Positions 24,018 through 32,968 of a stretch of 32,968 nt of DNA are shown piece after piece. A program made the translations under genes and the position numbers. The stretch is from Alphaproteobacteria bacterium. Its GTDB lineage: Bacteria > Pseudomonadota > Alphaproteobacteria > UBA2966 > CAIVPW01. The notes below the pieces were generated by a model that was not told the origin of the DNA, ran no database searches, and saw only the letters and a program-made list of their open reading frames with translations. How positions within the stretch are numbered: the stretch's first letter is position 1; the number at the start of each line of letters is the position of its first letter. The stretch is from the NCBI GenBank assembly GCA_047517625.1, contig JAKZSO010000099.1:1-32968 (forward strand), given 5' to 3'.

Positions 24018-25046
24018 ATGAAAATCACCAAAATTACAACTGCCTTGGCTTTTGCCGGAATGTCTGTCATGGGCGCGGCAACCGTAACCCAGGCTGCGAC
24101 TCTGGCGGACGTGCAGGCGGCAGGTGTTCTGAAATGCGGGATCAACACCGGCTTGCCCGGGTTCGCCTACACCGATGACGCTGGCAATTGGATCGGTTTT
24201 GATGCCGCCTACTGCAAGGCTCTGGCCGCAGCAGTCCTCGGTGATGGAAACGCCGTCGAATACCACAATCTGACCGGCGCCAACCGGTTCCCGGCTTTGG
24301 CTTCGGGAGAAATTGATGCGTTGTCTCGGAACACGACCTGGACATTTTCCCGGGATGTGGACCTCGGCTTCACCTTTGTTGGCGTCATTTATTATGACGG
24401 CCAGGGCTTCATCGGCAGAAAGTCTTTGGGGATAACCAGTGCGACCGAGCTGGACGGCGCGTCGGTGTGCATCCAGACCGGCACGACCACCGAACTGAAT
24501 CTGGCTGATTTCTTCCGTGCTAACGGCATCACCTATGAGCCGGTTCCGATTGAGACCAATGAAGAAGCCCGTGTGGCTTATCTGGCTGAGCGCTGCGATG
24601 TGTACACAACGGATGCATCGGGCCTTGCCGCCACCAAGTCGACCTTTGAAGACCCGGAAAACCATATGGTCTTCCCGGAAATTGTCTCAAAGGAACCCCT
24701 TGGGCCTTTGGTTCGCCAGGGCGATGACGAATGGGCCGACATTGCACGTTGGACCCTGAACGTCCTGATTAACGCCGAGGAACTTGGCGTCACCCAGGCC
24801 AACGTTCGGTCGATGGCTGCAGGCACCAACAACCCGGAAATTAACCGGATGCTGGGATCCGAAGGCTCGCTTGGCGCCATGCTGGGCCTGCGCGCTGATT
24901 GGGCGGTGGATGTGATCGCTGCCGTCGGCAATTACGCCGAACTGTTCGAGCGCTATCTCGGAACAGACACACCGTTGGGCCTCGCGCGCGGCCAGAACGC
25001 TTTGTACAAGGACGGCGGGATTCTTTACGCACCGCCGATGCGCTAA
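24018..25046 (+). CDS. aapJ: General L-amino acid ABC transporter, periplasmic binding protein (AapJ/BztA)
   Basis: GGGAGGG ribosome-binding site before ATG 24018; signal peptide; LSRNTTWTFSRD, YYDGQGF, SKEPLGP, GILYAPPMR. Confidence 0.95.
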   Translation: MKITKITTALAFAGMSVMGAATVTQAATLADVQAAGVLKCGINTGLPGFAYTDDAGNWIGFDAAYCKALAAAVLGDGNAVEYHNLTGANRFPALASGEIDALSRNTTWTFSRDVDLGFTFVGVIYYDGQGFIGRKSLGITSATELDGASVCIQTGTTTELNLADFFRANGITYEPVPIETNEEARVAYLAERCDVYTTDASGLAATKSTFEDPENHMVFPEIVSKEPLGPLVRQGDDEWADIARWTLNVLINAEELGVTQANVRSMAAGTNNPEINRMLGSEGSLGAMLGLRADWAVDVIAAVGNYAELFERYLGTDTPLGLARGQNALYKDGGILYAPPMR

Positions 25047-25060
25047 ACAAACCGAACTGC

Positions 25061-25090
25061 GGGCCTCTCCTTGAAAATTGGGAGAGGCCC
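25061..25090 (+). promoter_or_regulatory. Intercistronic stem-loop after aapJ (mRNA stabiliser or partial terminator)
   Basis: Perfect 10-bp stem GGGCCTCTCC/GGAGAGGCCC with a 10-nt loop and no U-tract; typical after binding-protein genes. Confidence 0.75.
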
Positions 25091-25101
25091 AAGGTTTGAC
25101 C

Positions 25102-26280
25102 ATGGCGACAAATCAACCATCCGGTTCGGGCCAGGGAAGCCTGTGGACCAACGAGCGGGCTCGCGGAATCGCGGCCCAGATTTTCCTGGTCGGCGGCCTG
25201 GCGGCCTTTGTTCTTTTTCTGGTTGTCAACACCAACGTTAACCTCGAAAAAGCCGGCCTGGAAATAAGGTTCGCGTTTTTGGCGGACCAGGCGTTTTTCG
25301 AGATCAATCAAAATCTCATCGAATACTCGTCGACCTCGACCTTTGGCCGGGCGCTTCTGGTTGGGCTTCTGAACACTCTGCTGGTTTCCGTGCTGGGCAT
25401 TATAACCGCGACCATCGTTGGCTTCGTCATGGGGGTGTTGCGCTTATCCAACAACTGGTTGGTTTCGCGGATGGCCGGGGTCTACGTTGAGGGCACCCGG
25501 AACGTGCCGTTGCTGCTGCAGATCATATTTTGGTGGACCATCCTTACCGGGCTGCCCCGTGTCGCAGACAGCCTATCCATTGGCGACGCGGTTTTTCTGA
25601 ACAACCGCGGAGTTCGGCTGCCGGCGCCGGTGGCTGAGCCAGGCTTTGGTTTGGTCATGGTGACGGCAATCATCGGATTGTTCGTGGCGATGATCATTTC
25701 CGGCTGGGCTACCCGGCGCAGGGTAGCGACCGGCCAGGGTTTTCCCAACCTGTGGGTCAATTTGATGTTGATCTTTTTGTTCCCGGCACTGTTGTTCCTG
25801 ATGTTGGGACGGCCCCTGGGCTGGGATATACCGGTTCCCGGACGCTTTAATTTTTCCGGTGGCATAAACATCACCCCAGAGCTTGTGGCGCTGTGGTGGG
25901 CGCTGACGCTGTACACCGGATCGTTCATCGCCGAGACAGTGCGCGCCGGCATCCTGGCGGTCAGCAGAGGCCAAACCGAGGCGTCCTACGCCCTGGGCCT
26001 GCGCCCCGGCCAAACCATGCGCAAGGTGGTTATTCCCCAGGCGCTGCGGGTCATTGTCCCGCCGCTTACCAGCCAGTATTTGAACCTGACCAAGAATTCA
26101 TCGTTGGCGATTGTGGTCGGATACCAGGATCTTGTTTCGGTGGGCAATACCGCGTTGAACCAGAGCGGTCATTCCATTGAAATTGTCGCTATTTGGTTGG
26201 CAGTGTACCTCAGCCTAAGCCTTGCGACCTCGGCATTCATGAATTGGTACAATTCCCGGATTGCGTTGGTGGACCGATGA
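25102..26280 (+). CDS. aapQ: General L-amino acid ABC transporter permease (AapQ/BztB)
   Basis: Multiple TM helices; RNVPLLLQ, AETVRAGI..V..GQTEA (EAA loop), QYLNLTKNSSLA. Confidence 0.93.
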   Translation: MATNQPSGSGQGSLWTNERARGIAAQIFLVGGLAAFVLFLVVNTNVNLEKAGLEIRFAFLADQAFFEINQNLIEYSSTSTFGRALLVGLLNTLLVSVLGIITATIVGFVMGVLRLSNNWLVSRMAGVYVEGTRNVPLLLQIIFWWTILTGLPRVADSLSIGDAVFLNNRGVRLPAPVAEPGFGLVMVTAIIGLFVAMIISGWATRRRVATGQGFPNLWVNLMLIFLFPALLFLMLGRPLGWDIPVPGRFNFSGGINITPELVALWWALTLYTGSFIAETVRAGILAVSRGQTEASYALGLRPGQTMRKVVIPQALRVIVPPLTSQYLNLTKNSSLAIVVGYQDLVSVGNTALNQSGHSIEIVAIWLAVYLSLSLATSAFMNWYNSRIALVDR

Positions 26281-27380
26281 CTACTGGATTCTTCAGATCT
26301 CAAACTGAGATGATTGAAAATCGCGCGGCCCCGGGATCGACCGTCGGAGTGGTCGGCTGGCTGCGCACCAATTTGCTGTCGTCGTGGTTGAACGCTGGCT
26401 TGACGTTCCTCGGCCTTTACGTGGTTTGGCTGATTGTTCCGCCCCTGATTACTTGGGCGTTTTTCGATGCCACGTTCGAGGGCACGGACAGGTTCGCGTG
26501 CGAGAATCCCGGAGCATGCTGGGTATTTCTGGATCAACGCATCGGGCAATTCCTGTACGGATTCTATCCGGCTGAACAAACCTGGCGGGTAAACATCGCC
26601 CTCGTGCTGCTGATCCCGGCCATGGCACCGCTGCTTTTCGAAAATGTGCCGTACGCCCGCTACCTGCGCTGGTTTTCGCTGGCGTATCCGGTTGTCGCCA
26701 CGCTTCTGTTGGTCGGCGGATTCGGCTTGGAAGAAATTCCGACCAACAAGTTCGGTGGCTTCATGCTGAACATCACGGTGGGGCTGTCGGGAATCGTGCT
26801 GTCCTTGCCCATTGGGATCTTGTTGGCGCTGGGCAGGCGGTCCCAGCTTCCCATTGTCCGGATTTTTTCGGTCGCTTTCATTGAAGTGTTCCGGGGCGTT
26901 CCCCTGATCACCATGATGTTCACCGCAGCCATTCTTTTGCCGCTGTTTTTGCCGCCCCAGTTCAGTGTGGATTTGATCATCCGGGTGATCGTCGTTGTCA
27001 CCGCCTTTGCCTCCGCCTATATGGCCGAGGTCATTCGCGGCGGTCTTGCGGCGATCGACCGGGGCCAGCACGAAGCCGCTCAGGCTCTGGGCTTAAGCTA
27101 CTGGAAATCCATGGGCCTGATCATTCTGCCCCAGGCGTTAAAGTATTCCATTCCCGGTATCGTCAATACGTTCATCGCCTTGTTCAAGGACACGACGTTG
27201 GTCATCGTCATTGGCTTGTTCGACATTCTGAACATTGGCCGGTCGATGGTGGCGAACCCGGACTGGGTCGGTCTTGGCATCGAAACCTATGCAATTATCG
27301 CGCTGGCGTTTTTCACCGTTTGCTTTTCAATTTCCCGGTATTCGTTGGGCCTCGAGCGGCGCCTGGACACCTCGCGCTGA
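26277..27380 (+). CDS. aapM: General L-amino acid ABC transporter permease (AapM/BztC)
   Basis: ATGA overlap with aapQ; [35 protein letters not shown]. Confidence 0.93.
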   Translation: MTTGFFRSQTEMIENRAAPGSTVGVVGWLRTNLLSSWLNAGLTFLGLYVVWLIVPPLITWAFFDATFEGTDRFACENPGACWVFLDQRIGQFLYGFYPAEQTWRVNIALVLLIPAMAPLLFENVPYARYLRWFSLAYPVVATLLLVGGFGLEEIPTNKFGGFMLNITVGLSGIVLSLPIGILLALGRRSQLPIVRIFSVAFIEVFRGVPLITMMFTAAILLPLFLPPQFSVDLIIRVIVVVTAFASAYMAEVIRGGLAAIDRGQHEAAQALGLSYWKSMGLIILPQALKYSIPGIVNTFIALFKDTTLVIVIGLFDILNIGRSMVANPDWVGLGIETYAIIALAFFTVCFSISRYSLGLERRLDTSR

Positions 27381-27397
27381 AAGGAGACAGTGCTTTA

Positions 27398-28165
27398 ATG
27401 ACTGACACAAACCCAGGCGCCGTCGGTACGGATACAAACGCCATCATCGAAATCCGTGGCCTGAACAAATGGTTCGGGGTTCTTCATGTATTGCGCGATA
27501 TCGACCTGACGGTTAAGAAGCGGGAAAGGATTGTGATCTGCGGGCCATCAGGGTCCGGTAAGTCCACCTTGATTCGCTGTATCAACCGTCTGGAACATCA
27601 CCAACAGGGGTCCATTGTTGTTGACGGCACCGAGCTTTCCAATGATCTGAAGAACATTGACGCCGTTCGCCGCGAGGTCGGAATGGTGTTCCAGTCCTTC
27701 AATCTGTTTCCGCATTTAACAGTGTTGGAAAACTGCACATTGGCTCCAATTTGGGTGCGCAAGATTCCCAAGGAGGAAGCCGACCGGGCGGCGATGGAGT
27801 ATCTGGAGAGGGTCAAAATCCCGGAACAATCCAACAAATATCCCGGCCAAATGTCGGGGGGTCAGCAGCAACGCGTGGCCATCGCTCGCAGCTTGTGTAT
27901 GCGCCCCAACATCATGTTATTCGATGAACCAACGTCGGCGCTTGATCCCGAAATGATCAAGGAAGTGCTTGATGTGATGGTCGACCTGGCAGAAAGCGGC
28001 ATGACCATGTTGGTGGTCACCCACGAAATGGGGTTCGCCAGCCAAGTCGCCGACCGGGTGATTTTCATGGATGCCGGTCAAATCGTGGAGGAGAATTCAC
28101 CCAAGGAATTCTTTGAGAATCCTCAGTCCGACCGCACCAAGCTTTTCCTAAGCCAGATCATCTAG
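27398..28165 (+). CDS. aapP: General L-amino acid ABC transporter ATPase (AapP/BztD)
   Basis: AAGGAG ribosome-binding site; [38 protein letters not shown]. Confidence 0.95.
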   Translation: MTDTNPGAVGTDTNAIIEIRGLNKWFGVLHVLRDIDLTVKKRERIVICGPSGSGKSTLIRCINRLEHHQQGSIVVDGTELSNDLKNIDAVRREVGMVFQSFNLFPHLTVLENCTLAPIWVRKIPKEEADRAAMEYLERVKIPEQSNKYPGQMSGGQQQRVAIARSLCMRPNIMLFDEPTSALDPEMIKEVLDVMVDLAESGMTMLVVTHEMGFASQVADRVIFMDAGQIVEENSPKEFFENPQSDRTKLFLSQII

Positions 28166-28194
28166 CCCGCGGGCAGCTGGGGGCCAAAGACGCC

Positions 28195-30009
28195 TCAGCG
28201 CTCCAGTTCTTCGCGCAAGGTTTCCAGAGCGAGCCACTGGTCTTCGGCTTTGGACAATTCGTTCAGGACGGATTCCAATTCAGATGCCTTGGCGTCAAAG
28301 GCGTCCGGGTTGCGCTGGAAAAGGGCCGGGTCGGTTAGTTCCGCCTGCAATATCGAAATCGTCTGCTCCAAACGGGAAATGATGCCGGGTAGGGATTCCA
28401 GGGCGTGCTTTTCCTTGAAGCCCAGGCGGCGCTTTGACTGGGAGCGTGGCGCGGCAGGTTTTTTGGCCGCGGAGCCAGAGGGCCGGGCCGTCGGCGCCGT
28501 GACATGGGGATCCGCCCCGGAGCCGCGCTGGGCTATCATGTCAGAATAGCCACCGGCGTATTCGGTCCACCGGCAATCGCCCTCGGCCGCCAGCACCGAA
28601 GTCGCCACCCGGTCGATGAAGTCGCGGTCGTGGCTGACCAACAGAACCGTGCCCGCATACGTCGCCAGCATTTCTTGCAGCAGGTCCAGGGTTTCCAAAT
28701 CCAGGTCGTTGGTGGGTTCGTCCAGCACCAACAGGTTTGATGGGGTCACCAGCGCCCGGGCTAGCATCAGACGGCCCCGTTCACCGCCTGACAAAGCGCC
28801 GACCGGGGTCTGGGCTTGTTCCGGTGAAAACAAGAAATCCTTCATGTAGCCCATGACATGGCGGGATTTTCCGCCCACCGCGACTTGGTCGCTGTTCCCC
28901 CCGGTCAGGGCGTCCGCCAAGGCCTGCTTGGGATCCAATTTTTCCCGGCGCTGGTCCAAACTGACGGTTTGCAGATTGGATCCGTGGATGGCGATGCCCG
29001 CGTCCGGGGTCAAGGCGCCGGTGAATAGCCGCAGCAGCGTGGTTTTTCCGGACCCGTTGGGGCCAACGATGGCAAGGCGGTCGCCGCGCAGCACCCGCAC
29101 CCAGACATCGCGAATAAGCGGCCGGCCGCCGAAGCTCTTTGAAATCCCTTCGGCGTCCAGCACCAGCTTTCCCGATAAGTCGGTTTCGCTGTGGGTCATT
29201 TTGACGGAACCGGCGGGGCCGATGTGTTCCCGGCGATCTTGGCGCAGCGCCCGCAGCGCCCGCAGCCGGTTCTGATTGCGTTTGCGCCGGGCGGTGACGC
29301 CGTAACGCACCCAATGCTCTTCAGCGACAATTTTTCGATCCAGCTTGTGGCGATCCAGTTCCTCCTGCTCCAAGAAGGTGTCACGCCAGCCTTCGAACTT
29401 CTCAAAGCCCCGGTTCAGACGCCGGACCTTGCCGCGATCCAGCCACAGGGTCTTTTTGGACAGGGTCTGCAAGAACCGGCGGTCGTGGCTGACCAAAACC
29501 AGCGCCGATCGCAGACGGCTCAATTCTTCCTCGAGCCATTCGATGGTCGGCAAGTCCAGATGATTAGTGGGCTCGTCCAGCAACAATACGTCGGGCTCAG
29601 GGGCCAAGACTCGGGCCAGGGCACAGCGCCGGGCCTCGCCCCCCGACAGGGTTGCCGTGCTTTCGCCGCCATCGAATCCCAGGTGATCCAGCAAACCCAA
29701 AGCGCGGCTGGTGGGACGTTCGTCTTCCAATCCCGCCGCCACATAATCCAGTGTGGTGGCGAACCCGGCCAAATCCGGCTCTTGCGGCAGATAGTTGATC
29801 GATGTCCGCTGGCGGACGGTGCGTTCGCCGCTGTCTGGCTCGATCATCCCGGCGACAATCTTCAGCAGTGTGGATTTTCCCGATCCATTTCTGCCCACCA
29901 GGCACAGGCGATCGCGCGTTGATATGGAAAGGGCCGCCCCCTCCAGCAGGGGCATCCCGCCAAAGGTCACATGGATGCCCCGCAATATGACGAGCGGTGC
30001 CGCCATCAT
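28195..30009 (-). CDS. uup: ABC-F family ATPase, Uup-like
   Basis: Two ABC domains (GRNGSGKS/LSGGE/DEPTNHLD and GPNGSGKT/LSGGE/DEPTNDLD), linker GVTARRKRNQNRL, C-terminal coiled coil, no TM helix. Start at the ATGA overlap with the upstream gene. Confidence 0.9.
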   Translation of the reverse strand: MMAAPLVILRGIHVTFGGMPLLEGAALSISTRDRLCLVGRNGSGKSTLLKIVAGMIEPDSGERTVRQRTSINYLPQEPDLAGFATTLDYVAAGLEDERPTSRALGLLDHLGFDGGESTATLSGGEARRCALARVLAPEPDVLLLDEPTNHLDLPTIEWLEEELSRLRSALVLVSHDRRFLQTLSKKTLWLDRGKVRRLNRGFEKFEGWRDTFLEQEELDRHKLDRKIVAEEHWVRYGVTARRKRNQNRLRALRALRQDRREHIGPAGSVKMTHSETDLSGKLVLDAEGISKSFGGRPLIRDVWVRVLRGDRLAIVGPNGSGKTTLLRLFTGALTPDAGIAIHGSNLQTVSLDQRREKLDPKQALADALTGGNSDQVAVGGKSRHVMGYMKDFLFSPEQAQTPVGALSGGERGRLMLARALVTPSNLLVLDEPTNDLDLETLDLLQEMLATYAGTVLLVSHDRDFIDRVATSVLAAEGDCRWTEYAGGYSDMIAQRGSGADPHVTAPTARPSGSAAKKPAAPRSQSKRRLGFKEKHALESLPGIISRLEQTISILQAELTDPALFQRNPDAFDAKASELESVLNELSKAEDQWLALETLREELER

Positions 30010-30746
30010 ACGTTCAGGGTGGAACCGTGCTCCCGCAACCAATCTCGGTGCTCACGGAACTCCGGGTCCAGGGCTCCGACGCAATCCCAGAACCGGGACG
30101 AATGGTCGTGATGCTGCAAATGCGAAACTTCGTGGGCGGCGACGTATTCAGCGATCTCGCGGTTTGCGAAAATGACCCGGCGGTTTAGGCGGATGTGGCC
30201 GCTGATGCTGCAGCTGCCCCATTGGCTGCGATATTGGCGCACGGTGATTGCGCTGGGGACAACGCCCAGCCGGTTCGCAAAATGGCTGGTGGCTTTGGTC
30301 AAAATTTCCTCGGCCTGGGACTGGTACCACGCCATCAACTGGGTGCGGACGTCGTTGCCGCGCCCCGCCAAAAACGCCTCGCCATCGAAGGGCAACATGC
30401 CGTTCTCGGGCAACAAGGACACCACGATTTCGCCGCCGCTCAGGACCACCGACGGGCGGCTGGCAACGCCAACCTTTAACGTAAATTGGCCTCCCAGAAA
30501 CGGCAGAGTCTCACCGTCCACGAACAGTCTCTCCGCCGTGATTGGGCGGGCGGCCTGGAGCTGAATCTGGCGATCGATCCACGGGCCCCGCCTGAGGATG
30601 ATTTCCTGGATTTCCCGCAGGGTCACCCATTTGGGTGCGTAAATTTTGACGCGGCGGTTTTCGACGGCGATGCCCACCGTGCTTTTGCGCCGGGTGCGTT
30701 TCACATCCACGGGCAAGCCACCGGGGCCGTGCAAAGCGCGTCTCAT
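30006..30746 (-). CDS. YgjP/DUF45-like zinc metallohydrolase (M48/SprT-like); start uncertain
   Basis: RTRRKSTVGI, GETLPFLG, SQWGSCS, EYVAAHEVSHL..HDHSSRFW. Start tentatively at ATG 30746; the frame is open to 30872. Confidence 0.88.
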   Translation of the reverse strand: MRRALHGPGGLPVDVKRTRRKSTVGIAVENRRVKIYAPKWVTLREIQEIILRRGPWIDRQIQLQAARPITAERLFVDGETLPFLGGQFTLKVGVASRPSVVLSGGEIVVSLLPENGMLPFDGEAFLAGRGNDVRTQLMAWYQSQAEEILTKATSHFANRLGVVPSAITVRQYRSQWGSCSISGHIRLNRRVIFANREIAEYVAAHEVSHLQHHDHSSRFWDCVGALDPEFREHRDWLREHGSTLNV

Positions 30747-30901
30747 GGGCTGGGTCTGGATTGGTGGAACGGCGTCGCCATGGGCGTCTGCATCTTCATA
30801 GATTTTGGCCGCCACGCAAAGGGTTCTTGATCTCGGATCGTAAAGTATGGCCGAGATCGTTGTTGCCGCCATTGTGGCAACTTGAACCGAGGAGGACAGC
30901 C

Positions 30902-31769
30902 GTGCAATTCGCGAGTTTCAGAGCGGCCGGGCGGGACAGCTTCGGCGTGGTCAATAATAGCGGTGGGATTGTCGATCTTGGCCCGCGGATGGCCGATCGG
31001 GGCATCCAATCCCTGCGCCATGCCCTGGCAACCGGCCGGCTCACCGACGCCGGGGCTGCCGCCGTGGCCGATGCGGCAGATTTCGCTGAAGCCGATATCG
31101 AATTTTTGCCGGTGATCCCGGGGCCATCCAAGATTGTTTGTGTTGGCCTGAACTTCGAGTCCCACCGCCTGGAAACCGGAAAGCCCAAGGCGGAACACCC
31201 GACACTTTTTGTCCGCTATGCCAACACCCAGGTCGGCCACCGCCAGTCGTTGATCAAACCGGCGGAATCCGAACGGTTGGATTATGAAGGCGAGCTTGCC
31301 GTGATTATCGGCCGCGAGGGGCGGCGAATCCCAGAGTCCCAGGCGCTGGATTTTGTCGCCGGATATTCCTGTTATCAGGATGCCAGCGTCCGGGACTGGC
31401 AGCGCCATTCAAGCCAATTCACCGCCGGCAAGAACTTTCCCTCCACGGGCGGGTTTGGCCCCTGGCCCACCACCCCTGACGCGGTTCCCGACTGGGGCCA
31501 AATGACTTTGGAAACTCGGGTCAATGGCACGGCGTTGCAGAATGGGCGGCTCGATGATCTTAGCGACAGCGTGGCGGCACTGATCGCCCTACATTTCCAG
31601 GTTCACCGTCCTGATTCCGGATGACGTCATCATTACCGGCACCCCGTCCGGGGTCCGGTATGCCCGCAAACCTCCCATCTACCTGAAGGATGGCGATACG
31701 GTCGAAGTCGAGATCAAAGGTGTTGGCACCTTGGTTAATCCGGTGGTGGCCGAAACCCTCGACCCCTAG
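30902..31769 (+). pseudogene. Fumarylacetoacetate hydrolase family gene with a +1 frameshift
   Basis: GGAGG site then GTG 30902; KIVCVGLNF, DYEGELAVIIG, SVRDWQ, GKNF. An extra C in CCC 31587-31589 shifts the frame; the other frame continues [22 protein letters not shown]...[21 protein letters not shown] to TAG 31767-31769. Confidence 0.85.
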
Positions 31770-32170
31770 TTCGCAGGCTGAAGTGTGCCGATGATCGGAC
31801 ACTCCGGCACCGTGCCACCGCTGCAACTCGAAACCATTCCCTGCAGTACTTTTTCCATGGCCCGCAGGTCAGCGATCCGGGATCGCACGGTTTCAAGATG
31901 GCTCCCGGCCAGTTCACCGACCTCACCGCAGGTATGGCCGGGCTCATCCACCATCTGGAATAGGCTGCGCACTTGGTTCAGCGGAAACCCCAGTTCCCGC
32001 GCCCGGTGGATGAAAGCCAAGCGCTCGATGCGATCAGAGTCGTAAACCCTGTGGCCGCCGTCGGTACGCAAGGGTGGTCGAATCAACCCTTCCCGTTCGT
32101 AAAACCGAATGGTCTCGGTTTTTACACCGGTCTTGTCCGCCGCCGCCCCGATCGAAATTTTTTCCGCCAT
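31766..32170 (-). CDS. MerR-family heavy-metal-responsive transcriptional regulator (three-Cys type)
   Basis: HTH motifs [30 protein letters not shown]; Cys in HTCGEV and [12 protein letters not shown]. Confidence 0.93.
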   Translation of the reverse strand: MAEKISIGAAADKTGVKTETIRFYEREGLIRPPLRTDGGHRVYDSDRIERLAFIHRARELGFPLNQVRSLFQMVDEPGHTCGEVGELAGSHLETVRSRIADLRAMEKVLQGMVSSCSGGTVPECPIIGTLQPAN

Positions 32171-32207
32171 TTGCTTGTCCAATTTGGTAAGGCATCACCC
32201 ATCCTTC

Positions 32208-32222
32208 CTATAGCTACTACAG
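32208..32222. promoter_or_regulatory. MerR-family operator-like dyad
   Basis: CTATAG-CTA-CTACAG (6-3-6 dyad, one mismatch), 37 nt upstream of the regulator ATG; resembles CadR/PbrR-type operators. Confidence 0.65.
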
Positions 32223-32253
32223 ATTTAGATTCAGCGGAAAATTAGCCCCGGGA

Positions 32254-32968
32254 TCACTCCAGGAATAGTTGCCAGCCTCCGTCCGTCTGTTGGCATGCGA
32301 CCGTGCCGATCGAGGAGGCAGTGATTTGCCCGGCGGTGAAGGTCTGGCGGTACTCCCGGCATTGGCGGCCGTCAGCCAGCCGGAAAGTCGCGACCGCCGA
32401 TATTGTTCCCTCGATGCGGCCCTCTGCCGTTACCCAGTCCATGGAGTCGCCATCGCCGATGATCGACAAGGCGACGCTGTAGGTCCGCGCAATAATGGCG
32501 AGGTCGTCGTCGGTTAGCAGGAAGATGATACGAACGTCGATCCCCGGTCCGATCAGGAATTGGCGAAGGCGCAACGTCTGGGCCGCCTGATCGGCAAGCC
32601 GGCGCTTTTCGGCTACAGCTTCAAGGGCGGCGACTTCGCCGGCGCGGCGCTCGATTTCTTCCGCCTGTTGCTGCGCTTCGGCGGCGCGGGCATCCATGAC
32701 CCCGGCGAGAACGGCCATAAGGCCGTCGTGGCCGGGTACGGCCTCCAGACCGCGGCGGGCATATTCCGTTGCCTCGTCGAGGCGGCCCTGGTCGTGCAGG
32801 CTGGCTGCCAACACCCCGTAGCGATCACCAACCTGTTCCAACCCCGCCAATGCCTCGGCGTTTTCGGGGTCGAGAACAAGGGCCTGATTGAACGCCGCGA
32901 CCGCGTTCTGCCCCGGCGGCAGCATCAAGCGGTCATTCTGCAAATGGCCCTGGCCAAGTGCGAGCAAC
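32254..32968 (-). CDS. Partial protein: TPR-like helical repeat, coiled coil and C-terminal 17-kDa surface antigen (RT0821/Lpp0805-like) domain; 5' end outside window
   Basis: RLMLPPGQNAVAAFNQALVLDPENAEALAGL (TPR-like); C-terminal GRQCREYRQT...GTVACQQTDGGWQL. Confidence 0.65.
   Translation of the reverse strand, partial: LLALGQGHLQNDRLMLPPGQNAVAAFNQALVLDPENAEALAGLEQVGDRYGVLAASLHDQGRLDEATEYARRGLEAVPGHDGLMAVLAGVMDARAAEAQQQAEEIERRAGEVAALEAVAEKRRLADQAAQTLRLRQFLIGPGIDVRIIFLLTDDDLAIIARTYSVALSIIGDGDSMDWVTAEGRIEGTISAVATFRLADGRQCREYRQTFTAGQITASSIGTVACQQTDGGWQLFLE

Overview
GC-rich alphaproteobacterial (Rhodospirillales-like) chromosomal segment, mostly core genes. Left to right: sucB (3' end)-lpdA; xerC-DUF484; priA; the F1 ATP synthase operon atpHAGDC; a long minus-strand run rplU-rpmA-obgE-proB-proA-nadD-rsfS-gpmI-envC-ctpA-ctpA2-DUF610 deacetylase-rppH; the aapJQMP amino-acid ABC transporter; and ygjP-like-uup. 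The more accessory right end has a frameshifted FAH-family gene, an orphan MerR-family metal regulator with its operator, and a partial TPR-like/17-kDa-antigen-domain protein. I saw no rRNA, tRNA, CRISPR array or transposase. The most notable observation is a tandem pair of S41A carboxy-terminal proteases: the first has an intact Ser/Lys dyad, while the second is full-length and secreted but has Ala at the nucleophile position. The two copies also differ reciprocally in a conserved C-terminal motif, suggesting an active-protease/pseudoprotease module inside a cell-separation operon otherwise rich in degenerate enzymes. All calls come from motif recognition by eye; no database searches were run.
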